This document shows positions 36,646-48,664 of a stretch of DNA of 64,000 bases, piece by piece. This stretch comes from Lama glama (taxonomy: Eukaryota): contig CM052817.1 of assembly GCA_028534125.1 (NCBI GenBank), forward strand, positions 16,804,001 to 16,868,000, in the 5' to 3' direction. Numbering within the stretch: the first letter of the stretch is position 1; each line of letters opens with the position of its first letter. The translations under genes were made by a program, and so were the position numbers. Under the pieces are notes generated by a model, which was not told the DNA's origin, ran no database searches, and saw nothing but the letters and a program-made list of their open reading frames with translations.

Positions 36646-36810
36646 AGAGTTCTCAACCCTGGAGTCACCTTAGGATCACCTGGAGAGCTTTTAAAAGTAC
36701 CAGTGCATCCAGATCCAGTAAATCAGAATCTCACAGGGTGGGACCCAGGCGGCAGTATTTTTTAGTTCCCTCAAGGGGTCCAATGTGTAGCCAAGCAGAC
36801 AGCCAGTGAT
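36646..36810 (+). mobile_element. MER5-family MITE
   Basis: gttctcaacc..atcacctggagagcttttaaaa..aaatcagaatctc..ggtgggacccagg. Confidence 0.8.
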
Positions 36811-37367
36811 CTGCGAGGTCCAGCAGGTAAAAGATGATTTTCAGTCCAGTGTTGCTAGATCTGGCAGATGATTTATAGTCTACGAATTATATCCCAGTAG
36901 AGATGTTGGAAACAAATCCGCAGACACGTGTTGGGGTTACAAGAGCCCAGGGAGGGCTACCTGATTCCGACCAGGGATGTGGGTTGGAAGCAAAGGCTCT
37001 CAAATCGGGGAGTATCCCCTCTGCTTAGATAGCAGCAGTAGTCAGACACGCTAGGATAACGAAGGCATTTAATTCTCATTTCTAACGCAACAGCCACTTA
37101 TATTATTGACAGTATAGGACACACTGCATAATTAAGTCTGCTAATGAGTATTAATAAAATTGGCACTTTTTCTTCATTTGGATGAACACTTCTCAAGCCT
37201 CAGAATAGCTTTTGGTGTTTTAGTTGGAGCCTGTCGGGAACTGTAGGAGAAGTTTGATGTGTGAGCAAAAAAAGCATGTCCTGGACTAGAAAATCTCAGA
37301 GGCAGCTTTGACTCAGCCCTTCCGTCTGCCCTGGATCTGAGCAGTCACCAGTCCTCTTAGGTCTCCA

Positions 37368-38210
37368 TGGTGAACAGACCCCATATGTGGCCCCAATAAT
37401 TCCTCCCCTTCCTATGCTCTCATTGCCACTCCTCACATCTGTTTTCCCTCCCCTGGGATCTGGACTGGTCTGTGACGTTTTAGTCAGTAGAAGGCTGTGG
37501 AAGTGACTTTCTGAACTTCCAAGCCCAGACTGAAGAGGACTGGCAGGTGCTACTTTCCCTGGAGCCCAGACACCATGCTGGAAGGAAGTGCAGGCTAGCT
37601 GACGGCATGGTCAGCAGTTATGCATGGAGAGAACCCTTGGAGGAGGCTATGGACTGAATTGCATTCCCCCAAATTTCATGTTGAATCCCTAGTGTGACTG
37701 TATTAAGAGGTAAGGCCTTTCCAGAAGTAATTAAGATAAAAAGAAATCATAAGGGTGGGGCCCTGATCTGATAGTATTAGTGTCCTTATAAGGAGAGAGA
37801 TCAGAGCGCTCTCTCCACATGCTCACACCAAGGGAAGACCATGTGAACACACATCAGGAAGGTGGCTGTCTACAGGCCAGGAAGAGAGCCCTCGTAAGAA
37901 ACTCCTTGGACTATCTGGCCTCCAGAACTGTAAGGAAATGCATTTCCGTTAAGATCTCAATCTACAGTATTTTGTTAGGGCAGCTTGAGCAGACTAACAC
38001 ATAGGCTGAGAGGCCAACCTGGAAGTTTTGGATTAGCCAAGCTCCCAAGTGAATGGAGACACATTAAAAACTCCAACTGAGGCTAGTAGAAAATTACCTG
38101 GTGGAGCCCTAGCCAAATACTTAACCTACAGAATCATGAGGAAATTAATAAATCATTGTTCTAAACAACAAAGTTTTGGAGTCTTTTGTTCTACAGCAGT
38201 AAAAACTAAA
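37368..38210 (+). mobile_element. MLT1G/H-like LTR with nested MLT1A
   Basis: gtggaagtgac..acttccaagcc..; resumes after 38001 with acagaatcatgag..aataaatcattgtt..tacagcag. Confidence 0.7.
37646..38001 (+). mobile_element. MLT1A/A0 MaLR LTR
   Basis: gctatggactgaattg..cccccaaatttcatgttgaa..ataagggtggggccct..cctccagaactgt..gcagactaacaca. Confidence 0.9.
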
Positions 38211-38331
38211 AAAAAAAAAAAATCTCCTGTGACACATTTCCTTCCCACTGTGTAGCACCACAGTGTGACCTAAGCAAGCCCGTTTGGTCTCACCCAGTTA
38301 TTAGCTGGGTAGCTCTTAGCCGTCTCCCAAT

Positions 38332-38792
38332 AAGGGTTTTTAATCTGAGGGTCATGGAATTCAAGAAGGTCCATGAACTGGATAAATGTATTTATTTTCA
38401 TTGAACTTCAACTGAAATTTAGCATTGTCTTTAATTATGAATGAGACAACAAACCCCAGTAGTATGAGTATTTGTGACTTTGTCATTAAGAAATCACAGA
38501 TAGATTTTTTTTCACATCGTATTATAATTGTTAACAAATACCCTAAAATATCTTTCATGCTGATCACTACCCACTGCTAGACCTTGGTATTTAAGGTGGT
38601 AATAAAGAAGTGTATATATTATTATAATAAATGTGTTAATATTTTGTTGACTGTAATTCTATGTAATTCATTTTTTCCTAAATACTAGTATTTTGCTTTT
38701 ATGCATTAAAACTCTTTTCCTGCAATGGTATCTATAGACTTCACCAGACTGCTGAAGGGGTCCATGGCCCTAAAAAGCAATATGAATCCCTG
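38332..38792 (+). mobile_element. MER113-like hAT-Charlie element
   Basis: agggtttttaatctg..ggtccatgaac..aactgaaatttagcatt..cttcaccagactgc..aggggtccatggc..aatccctg. Confidence 0.75.
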
Positions 38793-39094
38793 AACCAGAG
38801 GTATGTCTGGGGAAAAGTTCTCTGCTCCACACATTTCTCAACAGGTTTCATTGAAAGCAAGTTTCAGGCTGAGTCCTGCCACCTACACAGTTACTCACAA
38901 GCTGGCACTAAAGCAGTGCCTACAACTTATTCTGGAAGTGAGATCACGTTCTGACTGCCTCTGTCTTTTCAGGAGTTCCTACGGCATCTCATCTGAAAAG
39001 TTCATTCAAGGCAATATCCCAGTTGCAGGTTTCAGCCAACTAGCAACTAGGAAGTTTTCCAAAAATCAAAATAAAAATAGCTTGAATAAGAATA

Positions 39095-39310
39095 ACATAA
39101 TAATGGCTAACAGTTAATTGAGAACTTGCTACTTCCTACACTAAGTGCTCAACATGAATTAACTCATTAAATCCTCACAACCATGAGATAAGATCAGCAT
39201 ATTATTATACCCATGTTACAGATGAGGAAACTGAGGCTCACAGAGGTTAGTATCTTGCTCAAGTTCACAGTCCATAAGTGAGAGGACACCAATTCCGCAG
39301 GTAGAACCCA
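39095..39310 (-). mobile_element. MIR SINE
   Basis: aactcattaaatcctcacaacc..ttacagatgaggaaactgaggctcacagagg. Confidence 0.9.
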
Positions 39311-39991
39311 GGTGTTGGTATTTTTTAAAGCTTCCTGCCAGGTGATCATGTGCAGCCAAGTTTGAGAACTCATACACTGTTGGGCTTCCTGGATTCTTCA
39401 CCTCTGTTCATGCAAGAGCAAGAGTTCCTGTATAATATTTCAGGCCCATCCACACATAGTGAATACCACTGATTTCACCAATGAAAAATAATTGCAAGCT
39501 TCATTGCATTAACTAACAAAGCTTCTGGTATTGATCTGAGACAAAGACAGCTAAAAGCTTGAGGTGGTAGCCACCTCAAGAGGTTGGGCTTCTGATATGA
39601 AGTGCTAACCAACCATCCTGAAGTCTTTTGGTTAGAATGCTCGAAATATTAATTGCCCTTAGAGCAGAGATTAATACTAACCCACACACACTTACGCATT
39701 ATATTATCTCTGTTGTAAATTTTCGATTAACTAATAGACAACATGATACATTGCCATTACCTTCTTTTCCTTCTTATGTTGAGGAACAAAATGATTCTCC
39801 CCATCTGCCATGTAGTCACAAGATGTAATTTCCTAAATCACCTAATTAATAGTGTTAAAAGCTCTTTTTTTAATGCCAAATCATCACCATGTAACTTTAA
39901 GAGCAGGTGGTGTTTCCCTGACCCTTGAGATCAAGATATGATCACCTCCAGCCAACCTTTCCCCTACTTCATGCTTTATCACCCACCATTT

Positions 39992-40390
39992 TGTCAGCGT
40001 CTGAGGTTTTACCCTACTTACAAACTAATAAGTTAGCCTGCTATAGTTTCTTAGGTGCTGGCAGAAGACAGGAGACTCTCGGGTCAGAAACAAAGAGATC
40101 TATCACTCGTAGCACAGCAAGTAGCAGAGGATGCTGGATGCTGGCATTGGTTCTCATGGCTCCACGTCCTGTGGGGATGATGTGGATGGGCCCAGGTGGA
40201 TTTGCATCACAGCTGAAGAGAATTGCATTTAGGGAATTTAGCCCTTTTAGAGTAAGCAATAAGCAAATCTGCTCTTTGTGTGACAGGAGACAGGACTGCT
40301 CACTGCAAACACAAACCTGAGAAATGGCCCAGGTAAAGAGCAGTCAGTACTTGTATCCTTGGCCTCTTAGCAGGGCTGAGCAGTGCCCGT
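39992..40390 (-). mobile_element. MER76-like ERVL LTR
   Basis: ggttttaccctactt..aagttagcctgc..tgctggcagaagac..gggtcaga..gagaaatggcccaggtaaagagc. Confidence 0.65.
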
Positions 40391-41879
40391 GGTGGATTAC
40401 CTCTTCCAGTGCCCATTACTTTGTTTCATTTTCATCTCAGCACCTAGCTCCCTGGTGTTTTCTCATTCGTTTTTCTTACAGATCTCTCCTCGTGCAGCGG
40501 CAGCTCCAGGAGGGCGGGGCCCTCACTGTCTGTCATTTATTGCTATTTCCCCGTCACCAAGGATCACACCTGGCCTGGCCCATTGAGGTACTCAGTAAAT
40601 GCTCATGGAATGGATCAGTAGGACTGGCCTCAACTTCCAACATGGGCCAGAAATTCCCTACTCCAATCAAATCAAACAGAATTCTTAGCTGCCCCCAAGT
40701 ATGCCCGGTCTGGTGGCTTCTGCTTAAAGAAGCCTCTGTCACAGGGCTTGCCTCCCTCCTCCCAGCACACAGCCTCACCTACCCTCTAAGTCCAGCTCAA
40801 GCTCCCTCTTTCAACACCCTTTCACCCATAAGTCTTCCTCTTTTTCCCAAAAGTCCTCCTCTTTGGCCTTAGGCATTACTGTTATTGCTACCATCACCCT
40901 CTTCTTCTCTGTCATTATTATGTAGTTGCTAAGGCTTAAGAGTCTGGTTAAAATGTAAATATCCCTGGGTGGGGAGAAGAAAGAGAGATGAGACCACAGA
41001 AGTAGTAAAGGCTAGTGGTAATAAGCTCTGGACATCAAGGGTGTCTGGCCTTAGGCAAGCAGTTCAACCTCTCTGTGTCTGAGTTTTACCATCTGCAAAA
41101 TGGGAATAATGACCTTACTTGCCTCCTAGGGTTATTCTGAGGATTAAACTAACTGCTTTATGGAGAGCATGTAGAAGAAGGCTTTTTGGTTATTTGTGTC
41201 ACAAGGACTACCTGCCCTGCAGGATGCTTTAGATGTGTTCTCTGGAAATCTCCTGGGGAATGCCTCATCCCATTCAAGTGCTAGTCCCATGGAAGTGCAG
41301 AGACTCGACTTCTGGTTCTCCTGCATCCCCTGCACCCTCCCCCTCCCCCTGCAGTTCCTCATTCTGCCCCAGAGCACGTGACTGCTGGGGGAGGGGGTGT
41401 GAAAAGCATATTCCTAGATGAAGTCAAGTCTTTCACAGAAATTGGGGGATGCGTTCACTTAAACAGCCCTCAACAAGAAAGGACTGTTCCGTGACTGTTA
41501 TTATGGTCAAAAAGAAGAGCCTTATTGAGTCAAATAGGGAGCAGTTACCCCACATTTCAAGTCTGATAATAAAGGCAAGAGTTACAGTCGGTAACTTTAA
41601 GTTGGGTTTTCTGGGCTGCAGGAGGCAAGTATTTCTAATCAGGGTTGGATGGCCTGAACCACTCTTTCTCCCTCAGTATCATTTTATTAAATAACAAGAG
41701 ATTAAATGTTCACAGAACTTCACAAAGCATCTAAACAGACCTCATCCCCTTTACTCTTTACATTTCTAGGAGGTAGGTAGTTCCACCAGCCTCATTATCA
41801 CCCCTCTTTACAGAGGAGGAAACTGGGGCACAGAAAGCTACAAATAATAGAGCTTGGCATCAAGCCCTGCCCCACCCCA

Positions 41880-42315
41880 ACAGTAAGCAGAATTCTAAGG
41901 TTCCCTAATCCCCAGAACCTATGAATATGTTTCCTTGCATGAAAAAAGGGACTTTGTATTTATGATTAAGTTAAGAATGTTGTGATGAGATTATCCCGGA
42001 TTATTTGACTGAGCCCAATCACAAGGGTCCTTATAAAGAGGAGGTTTGAGTCACAGATTGGAAGGTGCTGCTGACTTTGAGGGTGATGGGTGCAAGTCAG
42101 AGAGTGCAGGTGGCCGCTAGAAGCTGGAAAAGGCAAAGAAATCGATTCTCCCCTGGAGTCTCAGAAGGAATGCAGCTCTGCCAACACCTTGACTTTAGCC
42201 TCGGTAGACTCATTTAGGACTTACGACCTCCAAAACTGTAAAATAACAAATCTGTGTCATTTTAAGCCACTAAGCTTGTGTTAGTTTGCTATAGCAGCAA
42301 CAGAAGACTGATACA
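41880..42315 (+). mobile_element. MLT1D-like MaLR LTR
   Basis: ctaatccccagaacctatgaatatgtt..tagaagctggaaaaggcaa..ttttaagccactaag..agcagcaacagaagactgataca. Confidence 0.9.
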
Positions 42316-42471
42316 GCCCCCAGGGTATGCATCCACCATGTTTTCAAGAAATGTGTTATCTTTAAGTGAATTTATACTTGATAGAAACAGCACAGAAGGC
42401 ATGTAGGGTCCAGATAGGCTCTCCAGCTACCCTGTCCATCAGCTCCTGGAATTCCCCACTAGGAAATCAGA

Positions 42472-42670
42472 AGAGGCAGGATGGAGTGGTGGTTAGGAAC
42501 ATGCCTTCTTGAGCTGGTGGCCTCTGAGACCATAAACAAGTTATTTAGCCTCCTTGTGCCTCAGTTTCCTCATCTGTGGATGGGAATGAAAAATAGTATG
42601 GACCTCAAGGGTGAGGAGAATTCACAAATGCTGGAAACAGTGCCTGGCACATGGCTGTCAACTATTACCA
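42472..42670 (+). mobile_element. MIR SINE
   Basis: gtgcctcagtttcctcatctgt..aacagtgcctggcacat. Confidence 0.85.
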
Positions 42671-43533
42671 TTAAAGGGCTTTTCATCCTTTAGAAGCTTG
42701 TTACAATTTAAACATGGCGGAAGGGATGCCGAGGGAGGAAGGTGAAAAAGAGAAGAGAGCGGTCACTTACTGAGCCCCTCCTGGGAGCCAGGCACTGTCT
42801 TGGGAACTCCAGACACATTATCTGATCTATGTCTCCTGAAAACCAAGAGGTGAGGCTCAGAGGATTAAATGCCTAAAGTCATATGGCAGAGAAGAGGAGG
42901 CAGAATTCAAAAGCAGATCAGTCAGATTCAAAAGCCCTGCCGGGACCACCTCTCACACCTCAGCAAGAATTGGTGGAAATTGAAGGGAAACTGGCAAGTC
43001 AGTTTATATTGTAAGCCTCAGTTTTCTCATCTAGATAAAGTAGATGAAGTGAAGGATAATGAAGTGAAGTCTCCCAGGACTTCTGGGAGAATTTAAAGAG
43101 ATAACATGCATGAGCTTCCTTTGCAATTTGTCATTCAGATGAAAGGCAAGGGGTGAGGAGTGGGGTAGGCAAAACGTGGACAGAGCAGCTGGAATGGGGA
43201 GCCAAGACCAGCCCTCGGCACTTCATCCGATCAGCATGTGTCTAGGCTGGGCACCGTGAGAGGTGCTCAGCCAGTCCTGTCTCCCTGGGAATGCGAGAGT
43301 CTTCTTTCTTAGAGAGAAAGTGGAGACTTTGAGGGAAGTGCATGGACATTTCTAATTCATCTTCAGCACCACAACTAAAATGCTGGGTGGAGGATGTTCT
43401 GGCCCAGAGTTTATCAATCAGCTGAAGGAATTTCCAGCCAGGAGTGGCTAGGCCCTTGGGGTCAGTTAGCAACCTTATCTAAGAGCAGATGCTTTGCAAA
43501 GGAAGAGAGGTCTCTGAGCTCCTTGAGCCCCAG

Positions 43534-43643
43534 TAGGGCAACCAATTCTGTTTTTCCCAGGACTGAGGGGGTTTCTTGGGATACAGAACTTTCAGTGCTG
43601 AAATTGGGAAAGCCCTAGAAAGCGGGACAAGTTGGCCACCTTA
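43534..43643 (+). mobile_element. MER94-like hAT-Blackjack MITE
   Basis: TIR-like tagggcaacca..tggccacctta; cccaggactgaggggg..actttcagtgct. Confidence 0.75.
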
Positions 43644-43890
43644 TTCCCAGGACTCTGCACCTCCCCTCACCAAAGCCCCATTTGGAACTCTCCCCAACTT
43701 GCCCTGGAATGGCAGGGATTTCAAGCCCTCAACTTTGGATTTCTTGCCTAAAGCAGAGATTGGCAATAGTTCCAGACTGATTGCAAACACTGTCCATTTG
43801 CTGAGTGCTTTACAGTGTGCAGAGTGCTTTCACATACCTCAACATCTTCAATCTTTAGAGCAATCTCATGGTCAAGGAAAATAAGATAGC

Positions 43891-44305
43891 TGTATTAGGA
43901 ATGCTTTAGGCTGGAAGAGACAGAAAACATAACTAGAGGGGCTTAAGCAAATAGGTTATTTTTTTTTTTCACAAAACAAGAAGTCTAGAGGTTGGCAGCT
44001 GCTGGATTTGACTCAGTTGCACAGTGATGTCAAGGTGGTTCTGCAACTCTCCTGGTCTTCCCTCATGGTTATAAGATGGCTGCCACAGCTCTGGGCATCT
44101 AGTTGCATAGTAGGCAGGGAGAAGAAAGGTGAAGAAATAACACCCGCAGAATTCTGCTAATGGTTTGTGGCCAGAATAGTGTCACATGGCCATTTTCAGC
44201 TGCATGGCCATTAATAAAATCATATATTTAGCTTTCTAACCTCTATAGAGGAAAGTAAGGGTTTAAGAATGGTTTTGAATGAATCATCTATAGTATCTGC
44301 CATGA
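43891..44305 (-). mobile_element. MLT1J/K-like MaLR LTR
   Basis: ggcttaagcaaat..aacaagaagtctagagg..aagatggctgccacagctc..gtcacatggcc. Confidence 0.8.
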
Positions 44306-44369
44306 TAGGAATAGAGGACCATTGACTAGAGGCTAGAAGGGGCTAGAATGATTTAGGATATCATGGAAC

Positions 44370-44530
44370 CCAGTGGTCTCAACACTTTACTGCACATCAA
44401 ATCACGTGAAGATCTCTTAAAGCAATGAAGCCCAGGCCCTATCCCAGAGCACCCAAATCAGAATGTTTGGGAATGCACGCTGGCATCCTCATCTGTAAAA
44501 GCTCCACAGTCGTCTAAAATGTGTAGATGT
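44370..44530 (+). mobile_element. MER5-family MITE
   Basis: cagtggtctcaac..ctgcacatcaaatcac..aaatcagaat. Confidence 0.7.
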
Positions 44531-44535
44531 CAGAG

Positions 44536-44760
44536 CTGCTCTGTCCAATAAGGTAGCCACTAGCCCCATGTGGCTATTAACATTAATTGAAATTACTTAA
44601 AATTGAAATTAATTAAATCAAATTTTAAATTTAGTTTCTTAGTCGTATTGTCTACATTTCAAGTAGTTGGTAGCCACATGGGGCTAGTGGCTACCACATT
44701 GGCCAGCAGAGACATAGCACTTTCCATCGTCATAGACAGTGCTGTGATTGGACGGCTCTG
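44536..44760 (-). mobile_element. MER3/Charlie1-type MITE with a perfect internal 25-bp inverted repeat
   Basis: ctgtccaata..ggtagccactagccccatgtggcta / tagccacatggggctagtggctacc..ttccatc..attggacgg. Confidence 0.85.
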
Positions 44761-45265
44761 TTCCAGCAGACCCTAGGAGAGAGAGCCTGTTAAGAATCTC
44801 AAGTCCCCTTAAATCTGGTTGGCTGAGCTGGAGACAATATAGAAGAGCAGTTAAGGGCAGGAACTGTGGGACAAGACGGCTTAGATTTCAAACCCAGATC
44901 CCCCACTTACTGGATGGGTCACCTTGGACAAGTTACTTATCCTCTCTTTCTCCACCTGTAAAACAGAAGCACTAACAGGATACCATCTCCTGGGGTTGCA
45001 GTGAGAATTCCGAGCTGGGACATGGGTTGTGCTCAGAACGGTGCCCTGGCATATGCTACCTGCTGTATGCGTCAGTTATCAGTGCTATCCAGGAGGCCTG
45101 ACAGGTGGCCAAAGTGCCCAGAGGGGCCTTTGCTGGTCACACCTGCCATGTTGCCCCTCAACCCTTCTCAGGACTGGACCCTGGCTGACTGGGGCCCTGC
45201 TGTGGGTATTTCTATGCCACCCCTAAGCCTGAGTCTGATCTCCTGGTGCTCAGCCAGCCAGCCCA

Positions 45266-45300
45266 CCCTGGTCCCTGGTCCCTGGTCCCTGATCCCTGAG
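45266..45300 (+). repeat. 7-bp tandem repeat (ccctggt)x5
   Basis: ccctggt ccctggt ccctggt ccctgat ccctgag. Confidence 0.9.
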
Positions 45301-45929
45301 TAAGGTGAGTGAGAAAACGAATGAATGGACAAACACATCCCTGTGTTCATTAATGGAGTACAAGCAGGCCCTGTGATTGGTAACTTGGTCCTGGCGCAGC
45401 GACTGCAGAAGGTATAGAGGCAGGAGAGGCAGGCTGTGTTGTCCCAGGGAGGTCACTGGGTCTCCTGAGCATGTGGCACCAGAGCTCCAGAATCAGAGCT
45501 GTGAGCCGATACAGAGTACAGCCTCCGAGAGGCACAGAATCTCTGAAACCCAGAGCTCTCCCTCCTTGGGGAAAATTACAGCTTTCTAACCAGGGCGTTT
45601 GTACACTGGTCTTCTTCTCAGGTTCCTGATCCTCCTGAGGTGAAATTAGACTCTCAGCGCCCAGAGCTGCTCCCGAAGCCTTCCCTCTCCCCTCCATCTC
45701 ACAAGACTGTTAACAGTGTCTAGGAATGGGGTCCTGGAAGGAAGAGGTCATTTACTGCACCAGAAATGAACAAGATGCCCCCTCCATGCCTAGGAGGGCT
45801 CTCAGAGAAGTGGGGGGGGGAAGCCCCCCAGTCAGCCCTGCTTCCCAGGGAAGGAAGGACATTTTCAGATGCAGCAACCTTGAGCTTGAACACATCTGCT
45901 CCCGTTGTTCACATTCCACAGCCTGGCAG

Positions 45930-46450
45930 ACACGCCGCGATGGGTCCCAGTCATTAACTGGCTGTCAGGTTCTTCAGATGATGGTGCTAAAAATAGCGCG
46001 CTATAGATAGAACCTTCTCCCACGCAGGCAGGCACAGGCTGCAAATGGAAGCGGGGAGAAGGGGCTGTGCGGCTCTCTCCCCTAAAGGGAGGTTCGTGCC
46101 CATCTCCAGGCCCCCGCCGCGCTCGTAGGCAATATCCTGCCTCCTTCGGCAGCATCCCTCCCTCACGACCCCCAGAGGCGCCCAAATGTTCCAAACGCGC
46201 GCTGCCGGGCAGGGCGCACCGCGGGGCGGTTCATTTGTATGCCGCACCCTGGATAACAGTGATAAGGCCCCAAACACTCCAAGGAGACCGCGCAGATGAA
46301 AGCAGCACTGCTCGCTTGGGAGGCAAGCTATTTATAGAATCCAAATATCAGCATTTTCCACCCATTTACACAAAGCAATTTCAGTCTTTTCAGATGAGAG
46401 AAGTGCAGCCGGGGCCGTCATTCATTCCGGTGCTGGAATCACATTTGGGG
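45930..46450. promoter_or_regulatory. CpG-rich enhancer-like element with MEF2 and GATA motifs
   Basis: CTAAAAATAG 45987-45996, CTATAGATAG 46001-46010, CTATTTATAG 46328-46337, TGATAA 46260-46265; non-repetitive, CpG retained. Confidence 0.6.
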
Positions 46451-47182
46451 CCAGGGAGCCCTGATTTGATAGGAAACCTCGAGGCAGGCTTGGATTAAAG
46501 ATCAATGGCAACATAAAACGTAGGCTGTCATATTTTCACTGTGAACATGTTCCGGTAATAAAAAATGTTGTTTTAGTAAATAAACTTGGGGAGATGCATT
46601 GCTGGCTGCTGTTTATCCCCCCGGCCTCACCCTGAGCGCTTGGAGCAAAGGACTGAGAGATAGACAGGAGCACAGCCATATCGTGGGAGCCCACAGCTCA
46701 GCCTGCCAGCTGCCCGCCGAGCCTCTGACACGCTCTCCACCTTCAGAGCCAAAGCCGCGTGCTGGGTATTTCTCTGCTAAGATGCTCACTTTGCCGCTTC
46801 TCTTGGAAAAATGGGAAATGTATTTCTTAATGATGATGAGGCTGGCAGTCAAGCTGGCTGGCTGGCTAGCCGTGCAGATTCTAGAGACAGATAGACATGG
46901 GATCAAGTCCGGGTTCTGCAGTCCTAGCTATGTTATTTGGGAAGTTACTAAAACTCAGTCTCCTCACCTGTTAACTGCCCGTGTGGCCCTCTCTCTCACT
47001 GGGCCAAAATCCTTGCACATTCAGACCCATTCCTTCCAAACCCTTCTGGCATTTCTGATACCACCCCCTGGTTTGGCCAAATCAATGGCAGAGGGAAGCT
47101 GCCCTAGGGTTGTCTTTTTTCCAGGTACTACCTTGTCATTCTTTGCTTCCCAGCTAACTCAACTTTCTCCTCATCATCCAGA

Positions 47183-47378
47183 CCGGTGGTTCTCAAACTT
47201 TAGCATGTCATCAAAATCACCAGGACGGTTGGTTAAACCCCAGGATGCTGACCCCCAACCCCAGTTTCTGATTCAATAAGACTGGGGCGGGGCCTGAGAA
47301 TTTACATCACTCACAAGTTCCCAGATGATGCCAAATGATGCTGATCTGCTACTGGGACCACATTCTGAGAACCAATAG
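47183..47378 (+). mobile_element. MER5A
   Basis: gtggttctcaaacttt..tttctgattca..ctggggcggggcctgagaattt..acaagttcccagatgatg..tgagaacca. Confidence 0.9.
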
Positions 47379-48337
47379 CCTAGAGAAACTAACATGGAGG
47401 GTGAGGAACGAGGAAGTTCTGCTCTTAGTCATCACATCTTACAGAGTCTCGGTGCGTGAGTGCTTTAGGTTTTGCTGAGCCTGGACCTTTGAAATACAAA
47501 AATAAAGATACAGTTAGGAATTGAGATGAGTGCTACGTAGGAAAACCCAGTATATCCTGAGAGTACGGGGACTCTGGTTCAGATCAAGGATCGCCCTGAG
47601 GACAATAGATGCTCAGAATGATGGTTTGTAGAACTAGCTAGATGAGGAGCCAGGGAGGTGCATTGCAGGAAGGGGGCCCAACAGATGCCCTGGAGTCACA
47701 CTGTCAAGGGACGGGAGGGAAAGCAGAGGAGAGAATTCAGGAAGCATGAATTTCCTACCCAGAGGAACCAACTATCAGCTGTGGTCTCACTGAGACTGAC
47801 TGACAAGAGGTCAGAACAGAGACTCAGACTTTTTTTTTCTCACCATCCGTCCCTGCCGTTTTCCCCTCCCCTGGCCGCCTCCTACCTGCCCCAGCACCAC
47901 CAAGTCCTGCTGCCGGGCACTCTGCCTTCGCTGACTGCTCTCTTCATAATACCTTGTTTCGGTTATCTGCTGCTGCACGATCACCCTCAAAGCTTAATTC
48001 TCACAATTCTATTGTTTGGTTGGTTCCTTGGCTGGACTCCCCCGGGCTGTCTGGGCACCTCTCCTGATCCCTCAGTCTTATGGGCAGAAGCTACTTCCTT
48101 CTGTTACTACCTCTTTGATACCTCTGTGTTCCTTTTTTGCCTTTTCAAGACTCTGTTCATCCAGTTCCCGAAATTAAACCATCACTGTTAAAATAACTGA
48201 TGTGGATGTAGATTGTGTTTTCCATACTAACATTCAGTCTCTCTGCTGCAATGTGTTTTGCTCCCAGTATCAGATACCCACCCAACTATTGCTGGGTTAA
48301 ACCATAAGGACAGGTTTACTCAAGAAAAGATCTGTGC

Positions 48338-48560
48338 ACAAATGAACTTATATGCAAAACAGAGACAGACTCACAGACACAGAAAATAAGCTTATAGTTA
48401 CCAGAGTGGGGATATGGGGTGGGAAGGGATAAACTGGGAGTTCGGGATTTGCAGATACTAATATATATATAAAATAGATCAACAAGGTTCTGCTATATAG
48501 CTTAGGGAACTGTATTCAATACCTTGTAATAGCCTATAATGAAAAATAATATGAAAAGGA

Positions 48561-48591
<31 letters not shown>

Positions 48592-48664
48592 TGAATCACT
48601 ATGCTATACACCAGAAATTAACACAACATTGTAAACCAACTACACTTGAATTAAAAAAAAAAAA
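48338..48664 (+). mobile_element. Young L1 3' UTR with (TA)n and poly-A, inside an old MLT1 LTR (~48255-49060, minus)
   Basis: aaatgaactta..caaaacagagacagactcacagac..tatagcttagggaac..tgctatacaccagaaattaacacaacattgtaa, poly-A tail. Confidence 0.9.

Noticed and set aside
40324..40872. 182-aa ORF
   Set aside because: Overlaps LTR and L2 remnants; no recognisable homology.
46599..47279. Longest gap-free ORF (226 aa)
   Set aside because: Non-ATG start, runs through a MIR and a MER5A, and has no recognisable domain.
47658..48191. 177-aa hydrophobic ORF
   Set aside because: Non-ATG start, built from L2/MLT1 remnants and pyrimidine-rich sequence.
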